Of a stretch of 64,000 nt of DNA, positions 48,615-57,965 are shown piece by piece. The notes beneath the pieces were generated by a model. The model was not told the DNA's origin. It saw only the letters and a list, made by a program, of their open reading frames with translations, and ran no database searches. The stretch's first letter is position 1. Each line of letters begins with the position of its first letter. The stretch comes from Bdellovibrionota bacterium FG-1 (GTDB taxonomy: Bacteria; Bdellovibrionota; UBA1018). The stretch is taken from NCBI GenBank assembly GCA_051382295.1, contig JBBCAW010000012.1:128001-192000 (forward strand), in the 5' to 3' direction. The position numbers were made by a program, and so were the translations under genes.

Positions 48615-48764
48615 ATGAAAAGTATTGTAGCTTTGGCATTTATTGGAAGTCTCTGGTGTAGTCTTGGTAATGCAGCAAGCAGCACCTCACTGAGCACGAC
48701 CGAAAGCATCGTATGGCGGCATTCCCAGAATCGACTTTTCCTTGATTCTGAAACACTCACATAA
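48615..48764 (+). pseudogene. 49-aa ORF with a signal peptide, probably a truncated secreted protein
   Basis: MKSIVALAFIGSLWCSLGNAASSTS...; below the ORF-track cutoff. Confidence 0.35.
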
Positions 48765-48782
48765 AGCACGGGTGGTATAAAG

Positions 48783-49220
48783 ATGGCAAGATCAGTGGCA
48801 TTGCTGGTGGTACTTTCGTACTTGTGCGCGCCATACTTCGCGCATGCGACCTCAAGCAAGTTTCATTATGAGCCGGAGAAAGTCACCCTGACAGGAACGA
48901 TTGAGAAACAAACCTTCCCTGGTCGTCCGGGATACGAAAGTATCAAAAATGGCGATGAAATCGAGCGGGGATGGTATTTGCGTCTAGCAGACCCAATTGA
49001 CGTTGAAGAAACCAAAAATGACACTGATCCAAATTCATCCACGGAACGAAATGTGCGCATTCTGCAACTGACATGGGAGTCCGGACGGGTCGAGGACCTG
49101 ATTCGCCCTGCCACCGGAAAAAGCGTCAAGCTTTTCGGACATCTGTTTCACGCGTTAAGCGGACATCATCACGCAAGGGTCTTGTTCTGGGTGGATTCCT
49201 GTGAGGTAATAAATAGATGA
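48783..49220 (+). CDS. Secreted DUF4431-like protein
   Basis: Signal peptide; VTLTGTIEKQTFPGRPGYESIKNGDE...GHLFHALSGHHHARVL. Confidence 0.7.
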   Translation: MARSVALLVVLSYLCAPYFAHATSSKFHYEPEKVTLTGTIEKQTFPGRPGYESIKNGDEIERGWYLRLADPIDVEETKNDTDPNSSTERNVRILQLTWESGRVEDLIRPATGKSVKLFGHLFHALSGHHHARVLFWVDSCEVINR

Positions 49221-49567
49221 GATTTATTTCGGCACACAAACAGGGACATTCCGTCATCTATATTGCGGACGATGGATCGGTAGTCAAGTATTTTGGGGGC
49301 GATCCCGCTTGGCGCACCAACAATCCAGGCAACCTCCACGCAGGAAAAATCAGCAATCGAAACAATCAGATCGGGAAATTCGGAAACTTCGCCATTTTTC
49401 CCGATTATGAAACAGGTCATGCAGCACTTCTTGATTCGCTTCACACGACTTTTTGGCAGAAAACCCTCGACGAAATGATTCTTGGATATGCGCCAAAACA
49501 TGAAAACAACACTTCACGTTATCTCAAGTTTTTGAAAGGACAAGACCGGCGTAAAAGGCGGGCGTAA
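49217..49567 (+). pseudogene. Lysozyme-like/phage-type NNPGN-motif protein, C-terminally frameshifted or truncated
   Basis: ATGA overlap; AWRTNNPGNL...FAIFPDYETG...YAPKHENNTSRY; both reading frames end within ~15 codons after YLKFLK. Confidence 0.55.
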
Positions 49568-49781
49568 AAAATAAGAAGGGCGTCATTATTTCTTATAACG
49601 TTGATGGTTTGGGCTGGGTTTCCTGTGTCTGGGGCCATCCTTTCAGATCACATTAAGAGCCTTGACTGGAAAACAAGAAAAGCCGAGTTTAAGGGGCGTG
49701 TCCCCAAAACTGTTCTTGCGGCAGTCCTCGAACGAGTAGCGGCTCTCCTGACCTGATTTTTAGGCATTTCAAATGCTCGCT

Positions 49782-49866
49782 AAACCAAACCAAACCAAAC
49801 CAAACCAAACCAAACCAAACCAAACCAAACCAAACCAAACCAAACCAAACCAAACCAAACCAAACC
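49782..49866. repeat. Perfect microsatellite (AAACC)17
   Basis: 85 bp counted directly; intergenic. Confidence 0.95.
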
Positions 49867-50026
49867 CGCGAGACCCAGGAATTCCGAAGTCTTTGATCAG
49901 CCCTTTGACATCAAAACGAAGTACTGCCAAAGAACGTCCGGGACTTCCCAGATCGTTTCCAGCGGCTTGGGCTTACGACTAGTCGCTCGCTAGGACTTCA
50001 TCGAAAGTTCGCTCTGGCTCGTTGAT

Positions 50027-50143
50027 CCCGGACCCCACGTAAGGGGCTTCCCAGTAAAAATGAGGGGATCCGCGCGCGCAGGAGGCGCTTTTTGCGCGGA
50101 GGCCAGGGATGGCCGACCCCGACACTTTTTACTGGGGGCCCCT
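50027..50143 (+). mobile_element. Dispersed structured element, copy C
   Basis: CCCGGacCCCACGT, then arm 50042-50062, core 50063-50122 and anti-arm 50123-50143. Confidence 0.7.
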
Positions 50144-50201
50144 GTTCCTAGTTGAATATTCCCGGCTTTTCGTAGACTGTGAGTCTGTTATTAAAACAGA
50201 A

Positions 50202-51674
50202 ATGAAGGTTGTCGTGGGCCACTCCAGTTGTTGTACAGCTAATCGGTATATTGCATCCACAATTCGCCTGTTGCGTCAAAATGCCGGTCTTTCCCAAGAA
50301 AAGTTGAGTGAGTTAGCCGGCCTGGATCGCACTTACGTTTCTTATATTGAGACCAATCGTCGAAATGTGACCACGGCGACGTTGGAGAAGGTGATTCCCC
50401 ATATTTCTTCGAGTTCCTTTGAATTTTATCGAGAGATGCTTCAAGAGGCTTCAAGTGTTTGCCGGGAGCAGATTGCTTCGGGGCGGTGTACTCGTCTAAA
50501 AGACTCAGCATCTGCATGCTTTATGAGCCCAAGCGGTGTTTCGGTTGAAAAAATCAGTGAACAATTAGCGTCTTCATCGAATTATTTTGTTTCTGACTAT
50601 TTGCAGGCTGTGGATCATTCATTGATTGTGGGGATTACTGACTCAGCCGGGCGTATCGTGCATGCGAATGACGAATTTTGCCGGGTTTTTAAGTATTCGC
50701 GGGAAGAAATGATTGGTCGGGACAATCGAATTCTGAATTCGGGTTATCACCCAAAGGAATTTTTTAGGGAGCTGTGGGCTACCGTTCGATCAGGGCGGGT
50801 TTGGCGCGGCGAGGTTCGTGACAAGGCGAAGGATGGCGGCGTCCTTTGGTTGGATACCATGATTATTCCTGTCACGCAGGGGGCCGGTAAACCGATGCGG
50901 TTCATGGTGATTCGCAAAGATATGACCGACCGTAAACTTCAGGATCAGCTCTCTTTTGTCAAAAAAAATGACGAGCTTCAGCGTGGGGCATTTGATGTGG
51001 TTTCCGATTTTTCGCGCGGAATTGTTCGAGAACTGAGTCATCCGCTGGGGCTCATTCTGGATTCGATCCAGAAGACCCGCACCGAGGTACAAGCTCATTC
51101 GGTCATGGGCGAGATTGAAAAACAGGCGCAACGGATTGGGGATGTGGTTCGAAGTCTTCAGTCTTTTACTCCAGATTCTCCGTCAGCGTCTTTTGAAAAA
51201 ACGGCCGCCTCCGATTTGCTGGCGCGCACACTCAGTCTGAGTCTTCAGAGTATGACTCAAAATGGAGTGAAATTTAAATTTCCCGAGGTTCCCCCGGCTG
51301 ATTTGGCGATCGAGTGTCGTCCTGCTCAGATGATTCAGGTTTTTCGCACATTTTTGTTGCGCGCTCATGAGAGCGCCTCTCTTGCGCCTGAAGGAAGCCG
51401 ATGGATTGGATTGCGAGTTTTTGATCGAGCGGATGATGTTGAGTTTTCATTGTCGGACAGCGGCCCTAAGCTGACGCAAGAAGAAGTGGGTCACCTTTTT
51501 CAGCCCTTTCAGGACGTGACTTCGGGGGCCACTCTTTCCGGGGGGCTGGCTTTTTGCGTGGCAATGGGTGTTGTCTTGGAACACCGTGGAAATATTTCAG
51601 TAGATCCCCGTGACGCAAATACTCATTTTGTGATTAGAATTCCCAAGGCTCAAAAGACTCAAGGCGTTTCATAG
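50202..51674 (+). CDS. XRE-HTH / PAS / degenerate histidine-kinase fusion
   Basis: LRQNAGLSQEKLSELAGLDRTYVSYIETNRRNVT; PAS ITDSAGRIVHANDEFC...GRVWRGEV; kinase boxes degenerate (VRELSHPL, LLRAHES, DSGPKL). Confidence 0.85.
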   Translation: MKVVVGHSSCCTANRYIASTIRLLRQNAGLSQEKLSELAGLDRTYVSYIETNRRNVTTATLEKVIPHISSSSFEFYREMLQEASSVCREQIASGRCTRLKDSASACFMSPSGVSVEKISEQLASSSNYFVSDYLQAVDHSLIVGITDSAGRIVHANDEFCRVFKYSREEMIGRDNRILNSGYHPKEFFRELWATVRSGRVWRGEVRDKAKDGGVLWLDTMIIPVTQGAGKPMRFMVIRKDMTDRKLQDQLSFVKKNDELQRGAFDVVSDFSRGIVRELSHPLGLILDSIQKTRTEVQAHSVMGEIEKQAQRIGDVVRSLQSFTPDSPSASFEKTAASDLLARTLSLSLQSMTQNGVKFKFPEVPPADLAIECRPAQMIQVFRTFLLRAHESASLAPEGSRWIGLRVFDRADDVEFSLSDSGPKLTQEEVGHLFQPFQDVTSGATLSGGLAFCVAMGVVLEHRGNISVDPRDANTHFVIRIPKAQKTQGVS

Positions 51675-51751
51675 AGTTTCTTGGAATTTCTGGGAAAAAC
51701 CTTTGGATCTCGTACTTTCCCCGTTTACAATGAGGCACGGGGGTATCTTGA

Positions 51752-52678
51752 ATGAGTCGATACATGGGATTGCTGACACTATGCGTTTTGGGTCTTTTGA
51801 TGATGGGTTCAGGTGCGCAGGCCGCGCCGGATCTGGGGATTTCGAAGGATCCCGCACACGCTAAGTATGGCGATGTTCAATCGTTTATGAAGACGCTGGT
51901 GGCCAAGTATCCTCAAAATGTTAAATCCATTTTCGTGGGTGCCTCGGATAGTGGTCTGCCTATCGAAGGTCTTGCGATTGGGAACGGTCCGGTGAAAAAC
52001 CTCGTGGTAGCCTCGCATCACGGCAATGAATATGGTTCGGTAGAGGTCGCGCGAGGGGTAGCGGCATCCTTGGCTGAAAGCCCAATCCAAGGTCAGACTG
52101 TTTATGTGGTTCCGGTGCTGAATATCGGAGGCTATAATGCCAAGGATCGTCGCGAGACGGCTGGTCATCAATCCTTTGATCCAAATCGTAATTATCCAGG
52201 ACCTTGTGGGACGGAGGGTCCTTTTACGCTGAAATCGATTCAGTCCCTGGCAAGTTTTGTCGATCACGAGGGCATTGTTTCGTCAGCGACTCTTCATACG
52301 TTTTTTCCAGCGGTCGTTTATCCGTGGGGGATTTCGAGTCATGATCTTTCGACTCCTTATGATGATCTTTTTAAAGGCCTAGTGGAGTCGGCTACCGTAG
52401 AAAGCCACTACCAGACCGGTAATTCGACCGAAGTGATCTATTCAGCCGACGGAACCTACGAAGACTATGCTTTTTGGAAGCACGGTATTTGGTCATTGCT
52501 CTTTGAACTAGGAAATTCACATTCACCCTCTTTGGCCGACGTGAACGAAATGGTGAAGGTCAATGTTCCTGGAATTCGGCGGATGTTGGAGCAGGCACCA
52601 CGAGTGAGGGCTGAAAAGCATGCTTTTACTGGGCGTTGTGACCGTTTGATGTCTTTGATGGATCGGCATGATGAATAG
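51752..52678 (+). CDS. Secreted M14 zinc carboxypeptidase
   Basis: HGNE, VPVLN, DPNRNY, LHTF, FELG. Confidence 0.88.
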   Translation: MSRYMGLLTLCVLGLLMMGSGAQAAPDLGISKDPAHAKYGDVQSFMKTLVAKYPQNVKSIFVGASDSGLPIEGLAIGNGPVKNLVVASHHGNEYGSVEVARGVAASLAESPIQGQTVYVVPVLNIGGYNAKDRRETAGHQSFDPNRNYPGPCGTEGPFTLKSIQSLASFVDHEGIVSSATLHTFFPAVVYPWGISSHDLSTPYDDLFKGLVESATVESHYQTGNSTEVIYSADGTYEDYAFWKHGIWSLLFELGNSHSPSLADVNEMVKVNVPGIRRMLEQAPRVRAEKHAFTGRCDRLMSLMDRHDE

Positions 52679-53870
52679 GCGTCCCCGGCACTAGCGCAAA
52701 CAATAAGCTAATCGACATGAGCGCTATCGTGCTAGCTGCATAAAAAGGGACCTCGCTCCCAAAGCGGTCCCAAGCCCAGCCAAACGCTGTACTTGCAGGT
52801 AAAGCTGCTAGGCCTACGACCAGTCCAAAGGCGCCGTAGGCTCGGCCTCGGGTGGGGGCCGTCGAGAGATCTGCGACCCAGGCGCGCTCGACGCTTTCGG
52901 TGAAGCCAAAAAACAGCCCATAAACCGCAATCATCAGGGCCAATAACCAGGGCATTTTTTGAACCCAGGGGGAGCCGATAATCGCATATGACAGGGCATA
53001 AATTGACCAACCCATGGCGATGAGGGTTCGACGGCCCATGCGGTCTGAAAGCGCGGCAGCAGGGATGGCCGTTAGGGCTGAAACGAGATTGAAGAGGCCA
53101 ATCATCCCCAGAATAGCAGGGAGACCGTAACCCAGTTCCCTGGCACGGAGTAGAATGAAGGCATCACTCGAGTTTGCTAAGCCAAATAGACCCACCACCA
53201 GGAGATATCGGCGAAAGGTGCCGCTGAGCCGAGCTGGGGAGGAATGAGTCTTGTCGGAGGGCGTTTTTAAAACTTCGCGGACTCCAAATATTGAAAGTAA
53301 AACCGCGAGTAGGCCGGGAATGGCAAAAAGAATACAGAGCCAAATCCATGTTTTTTGCGTGAGCGCCACCTCTCCATGGCTTTGTGTCCAAACGCCAAAG
53401 GCAGTCACCCCGAGGAGAGCGCCCAGTGTGTCTAGGGCGCGATTGAGGCCAAAATTTCTACCGTGGCGGGAGGGCGATCCCGTGTTGGCAATGAGCGCAT
53501 CCCGGGGGGCTGTTCGAACGCCTTTGCCCAAACGATCGCAAAAGCGCAAAAATGCCACCTCTGGCCAGCTTCCAGTGAGAGCAAGCAGCGGTCTTGCCAA
53601 CGCAGAGAGGGCGTAGCCGAGGGTGATAAAGCCCTTTCGCTTTCCTAGACGATCTGAAAGCGCGCCAAAAACAGGTTTGAGCAAAGTTGCAGTCGAATCA
53701 GCAATTCCCTCGATCGCTCCGACCGCACTCATTGGGGCACCTAGAATTCCGGTCACGTAGAGTGGAACCAAACGGGCTAATACTTCGCTCGCCAAATCGT
53801 TGCAGAGGCTGACTAGGCCTAGGTTGAGGACATTTCGTTCAGGAGGGTGAGAGGGCGAATATTTGGGCAT
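52626..53870 (-). CDS. MFS transporter
   Basis: About 12 hydrophobic segments; GALSDRLGKRK; DRLGKGVRTAPRDAL; LSDRMGRR. Confidence 0.92.
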   Translation of the reverse strand: MPKYSPSHPPERNVLNLGLVSLCNDLASEVLARLVPLYVTGILGAPMSAVGAIEGIADSTATLLKPVFGALSDRLGKRKGFITLGYALSALARPLLALTGSWPEVAFLRFCDRLGKGVRTAPRDALIANTGSPSRHGRNFGLNRALDTLGALLGVTAFGVWTQSHGEVALTQKTWIWLCILFAIPGLLAVLLSIFGVREVLKTPSDKTHSSPARLSGTFRRYLLVVGLFGLANSSDAFILLRARELGYGLPAILGMIGLFNLVSALTAIPAAALSDRMGRRTLIAMGWSIYALSYAIIGSPWVQKMPWLLALMIAVYGLFFGFTESVERAWVADLSTAPTRGRAYGAFGLVVGLAALPASTAFGWAWDRFGSEVPFYAASTIALMSISLLFALVPGTPIHHADPSKTSNGHNAQ

Positions 53871-53905
53871 GATTTGGCCTTTTCGTAGACATACTAAGGT
53901 GGTAC

Positions 53906-55951
53906 ATGGCACCCCGGGAGACTTACATAGATATGAGAACTTGGGGCGTTTCGGATTCTCTGAAGTTATACAACATTGAAAACTGGGGTGACCAGTACTT
54001 CAGTATTAATCCTTCCGGAAATATGACAGTTCATCCGAAACGCGGTGAGGGACCCGGCATTGATATGATGACCGTGGTCGAGGATATTCGTTCTCATAAT
54101 TTGGGCATGCCGATTGTCATTCGTTTTCAAGATATTATTCGGCATCGCGTGGTGGGGATCAATGAAGCATTCAGGAAGTCGATCGCCGAATTTGGTTATA
54201 AGGGGCGTTACCAAGGCGTCTATCCGATTAAAGTTAACCAAATACGCGAAGTGGTTGAGGAAATTATTGACGCTGGGCGTCAGTATGACTTTGGTTTGGA
54301 AGCTGGCTCGAAGGCCGAGCTTGCCGCTGTTATTTCACAGCCGCTTTCTCCCCGTTCTTTGATTCTTTGTAATGGGTATAAGGATTACGCTTTTATTAAG
54401 ACGGCAATGATGGGCGTTAAAATGGGCAAGCGCGTGATTGTGGTCATTGAGAAGCTTTCAGAGCTTTATCAAGTGATCGCAGTGGCGCGCGAATTGGGCG
54501 TGACTCCGGAGGTGGGTTTTCGTTGTAAGCTTTACACAAAGGGAAGCGGCAAATGGGAGTCCAGTGGGGGTGAGTTTGCCAAGTTTGGCCTGACGACTCC
54601 TGAAATTCTCCATGGCGTTAATGTGCTTCGTCGGGAAGGTTTGGAAGACAGCCTAAAATTACTCCATTTTCATATTGGATCCCAGATTACCAACATCAAG
54701 ACGGTCAAAGATGCGGTCAAAGAAGGAACCCGTATTTACGCTAAACTCCGAAAAATGGGACTCAATTTGGAGTTTTTGGATTGTGGCGGCGGTCTCGGGG
54801 TGGATTACGATGGCTCTCGTACCAGTTTTGAGAGTTCCATCAACTACTCACTTCAAGAGTATGTCAGCGACGTCGTCTATTCGATCAAAGAGGTTTGTGA
54901 GGCCGAAGAAGTTCCGGAACCGAATATTGTTACCGAAAGTGGCCGTGCGCTGGTGGCGCATCATTCAGTTCTCGTCGTTAATGTTTTCGGCAGTATTGAA
55001 GTCGGTGCGACCCCGATTAGCTTAGAAGAAACCTCGGACGAAGATGATGTCGTCAAGGAAATGCGTTACCTTTCGCAGCATTTGACTTCAAAAAATATTC
55101 TTGAGCATTATCATGATGCGGTTCAACGCAAAGAAGAAGCGCTCAGCATGTTCAAGTTGGGCTTTTTGTCGCTTGAGGACAAAGCCAAGGTCGAGCACAT
55201 TTTTTGGCAGATTTGTAAGGTAATCCATAAAAATTCCGCTGGCCTCAAGTACGTGCCCGACGAAGTTGAAGCGCTCAAAAGGCATCTGGCCGACCAGTAC
55301 CTTTGTAATTTTTCAATCTTTCAGTCGATGCCCGATCACTGGGCGATACAACATCTTTTTCCGATCGTGCCACTTCATCGACACGACGAAGAGCCAGGGC
55401 GTGAAGCGACCTTGGTTGACATCACTTGCGATTCAGATGGAAAGGTCAGTAAATTTATTGATCTTCGTGACATCAAAGATACTCTCTCCCTGCATCAGCT
55501 CAAACAGGGAGAGGCTTATTATCTGGGATTCTTTTTAATGGGTGCCTATCAAGACATTATGGGAGATTTGCACAATCTTTTCGGGCGCGTGAACGAAGTT
55601 CATGTCTTTTTAGATGAGACCGAGCCTGGCGGCTATTATGTCGAAGAAGTGATCAAGGGAAATGATATTGCCGGGGTGCTTTCTTGGATTCAATATAGCG
55701 CCACCGATTTAGCCAAGCGGGTGAAAGAACAAATTGAAGTTCGCGTTCGTGAAGGTTTTATTAAGCCGCGTGAAGGTGTTGATTTGCAGAACTTCTTTGA
55801 AGGCGTACTTCATGGATATACTTACGTGGACTATGAAAAGCAGTCCCAATTTTTAGAAGCTGCCGAAAGCGCGAGTCGTATTGCGGCGACGCCAGGAGAC
55901 AGTGGTTCGGCGTTGCCCCCTCCATCGGACGGGTCAACGCTTCTCAGTTAA
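53906..55951 (+). CDS. speA: Biosynthetic arginine decarboxylase
   Basis: VYPIKVNQ, GLEAGSKAEL, KFGL, LHFHIGSQI, GGGLGVDYDG, DITCDSDG, GAYQDIMGDLHNLFG. Confidence 0.97.
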   Translation: MAPRETYIDMRTWGVSDSLKLYNIENWGDQYFSINPSGNMTVHPKRGEGPGIDMMTVVEDIRSHNLGMPIVIRFQDIIRHRVVGINEAFRKSIAEFGYKGRYQGVYPIKVNQIREVVEEIIDAGRQYDFGLEAGSKAELAAVISQPLSPRSLILCNGYKDYAFIKTAMMGVKMGKRVIVVIEKLSELYQVIAVARELGVTPEVGFRCKLYTKGSGKWESSGGEFAKFGLTTPEILHGVNVLRREGLEDSLKLLHFHIGSQITNIKTVKDAVKEGTRIYAKLRKMGLNLEFLDCGGGLGVDYDGSRTSFESSINYSLQEYVSDVVYSIKEVCEAEEVPEPNIVTESGRALVAHHSVLVVNVFGSIEVGATPISLEETSDEDDVVKEMRYLSQHLTSKNILEHYHDAVQRKEEALSMFKLGFLSLEDKAKVEHIFWQICKVIHKNSAGLKYVPDEVEALKRHLADQYLCNFSIFQSMPDHWAIQHLFPIVPLHRHDEEPGREATLVDITCDSDGKVSKFIDLRDIKDTLSLHQLKQGEAYYLGFFLMGAYQDIMGDLHNLFGRVNEVHVFLDETEPGGYYVEEVIKGNDIAGVLSWIQYSATDLAKRVKEQIEVRVREGFIKPREGVDLQNFFEGVLHGYTYVDYEKQSQFLEAAESASRIAATPGDSGSALPPPSDGSTLLS

Positions 55952-56593
55952 TAAGCTTTTGCAGATTTTCGAAATTTCGATAGGGTGGTGTGCCCAATGG
56001 TTAGGAGCATGAGCGAGTAAGTCCTCGCGCTTTACGCTTGGATCCCAAAAGGCCGCCACGCTTCCAGATCCTGCTGCCCGAGCGGCTTGGATATCGACGG
56101 CCATATCTCCCACATAAAGAATTTCTGCGGGGTTGAGTCCCATTCGTTTACAGGCGAGCTGGATTCCCTCTGGATCAGGCTTGGGCATTGAGACATGGTC
56201 GTTTGCCACGACCGTGACAAAGGACTGGAGCAGTCCATGGTGTCCCAAAATCACCTCCGTCGTGTTCCAGCTGCGGCCTGTGACTACTGAAATGGCTATT
56301 CCAGCTTCGGAGAGTGACTGCAATAGATCGCTGATCCCTGCGTGTAGGGGGACACGGTGGAGGTTCTGATCCAAGTAATTGCGGCAAGCAAGATAGGCTG
56401 CATCAGCCCGACTGTCGCCCAAGATTGCGGCGAAGATCTGCCTCTCGCCTGGGCCAAAATAGCTCATGATTTCAGACGGAGTGCGTCTAGTCCCCCCTTG
56501 GTTGATAAACCCATGATTAAACGCGTCAAAGGTGACGGCGAGGGAGTCAACGAGTGTACCATCTAAGTCAAAAACGATGCCTTTGAGTTTCAT
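55934..56593 (-). CDS. HAD-family hydrolase (phosphoglycolate phosphatase-like)
   Basis: FDLDGTLVDS, KPDPEG, YVGD. Confidence 0.9.
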   Translation of the reverse strand: MKLKGIVFDLDGTLVDSLAVTFDAFNHGFINQGGTRRTPSEIMSYFGPGERQIFAAILGDSRADAAYLACRNYLDQNLHRVPLHAGISDLLQSLSEAGIAISVVTGRSWNTTEVILGHHGLLQSFVTVVANDHVSMPKPDPEGIQLACKRMGLNPAEILYVGDMAVDIQAARAAGSGSVAAFWDPSVKREDLLAHAPNHWAHHPIEISKICKSLLTEKR

Positions 56594-56642
56594 CAAGTCT
56601 TCCTGTAATGTGACGCCCACCGGCCCAGCCGAAGAGGTGTTT

Positions 56643-57965
56643 ATGCTTTTGAAGCAAATTCCGTCTTTTTTCAAGTCCCGTCGCGAAGCATTGATGAAGG
56701 CCCATCCTGGCGCGGTTTTTATTTTTCCTTCTTGCGACGAAATTTTACGCAATCCAGACGTTTCCTTTCCTTTCCGGCAAGAGAGTAATTTTTTCTATCT
56801 TTCCGGTTTTGAAGAGCCCGAATCTTTTTTTATTCTGGCTCCGGCAAAGTCGTCGTCCGGTGCGTCCCGCATGATTCTATTTGTTCGTCATCGCGATTTA
56901 GATAAGGAAATGTGGGAAGGCGAACGCTACGGAGTTGAGGGTGCGCTTCAAGTTTTTGGTGCTGATGAAGCCTATACGATTGACCAGTTGGGTAGCAAGC
57001 TCCCAGAACTCATTCAAGGGGCCGATAAAGTTTATTATCGCCTGGGAGTTCATGAAACCCGGGATCGGCAAGTATTCGCGGCTCTCGAAACGGCTCGACG
57101 AAGCCAGGGGCGAAGCGGAAAGTCGCTGGCTCCCTTGCATGATCCCAATGAACTCATCGGTGAAATGCGGCTTTATAAGTCTCCGGAGGAAATGCAGATT
57201 ATTCGTAAAGCCTGTCAAATTACGGCGCTGGCGCATAAAACTGCGATGAAAGAAGTTCGCCCAGGCATGAAGGAATATGAAGTCGAAGCGTTAATTGATT
57301 ATGTTTTTCGAAAAAATGGGTGCCAGCGTGTCGGTTATGGCAGTATCGTTGCGGGCGGCGTAAATGCGGCTTGTCTGCATTACCGAGCCAATAACGATAC
57401 GCTTCGTGACAATGAGCTGCTTCTCATTGATGCCGGTGGCGAATTTGATTATTACACTTCAGATATTACTCGAACCTTTCCCGTTGGACGGTCGTTTACT
57501 CCCGGCCAAGGTCGTCTTTACGACCTGGTTCTGAAAGCACAAAAAGAATGTATCGCTTTGGCTAAGCCGGGCGTTCGCCTGACGGATATTCATCAAAGAG
57601 CCGTCGAGGTCTTGACTCATGGGATGCTCTCATTGGGGCTTCTGAAGGGAAAGGCCGAAGAATTGATCAAAAGTGGTGGTTATAAGCGTTTTTACCCACA
57701 CAACACGGGTCATTGGCTAGGTGTGGATGTGCATGATGTTGGTCTTTATTCGCAAAACAGCGAGCCACGTAAACTTGAGCCTGGAATGGTCTTTACCATT
57801 GAACCCGGCTTTTATGTGCAACCCAACGACGCGCAGGTTCCGGCTGAGTATCACAATATCGGGATTCGGATCGAAGACGATATCTTGATTACCGCGACGG
57901 GATGTGAAGTATTGACTGGCCAGGTTCCCAAGGATCGCGCCGAAATTGAGGCTCTTAAAATCTGA
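56643..57965 (+). CDS. pepP: Xaa-Pro aminopeptidase
   Basis: FRQESNFFYLSGF, LIDAG, SDITRT, HNTGHWLGVDVHD, TIEPG, GIRIEDD. Confidence 0.95.
   Translation: MLLKQIPSFFKSRREALMKAHPGAVFIFPSCDEILRNPDVSFPFRQESNFFYLSGFEEPESFFILAPAKSSSGASRMILFVRHRDLDKEMWEGERYGVEGALQVFGADEAYTIDQLGSKLPELIQGADKVYYRLGVHETRDRQVFAALETARRSQGRSGKSLAPLHDPNELIGEMRLYKSPEEMQIIRKACQITALAHKTAMKEVRPGMKEYEVEALIDYVFRKNGCQRVGYGSIVAGGVNAACLHYRANNDTLRDNELLLIDAGGEFDYYTSDITRTFPVGRSFTPGQGRLYDLVLKAQKECIALAKPGVRLTDIHQRAVEVLTHGMLSLGLLKGKAEELIKSGGYKRFYPHNTGHWLGVDVHDVGLYSQNSEPRKLEPGMVFTIEPGFYVQPNDAQVPAEYHNIGIRIEDDILITATGCEVLTGQVPKDRAEIEALKI

Noticed and set aside
49773..49982. ORF MLAKPNQTKPNQT...
   Set aside because: A translation of the (AAACC)17 microsatellite.
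50109..50201. ORF-track start of the XRE-PAS gene at 50109
   Set aside because: That ATG lies inside the repeat element hairpin; 50202 fits the HTH domain better.
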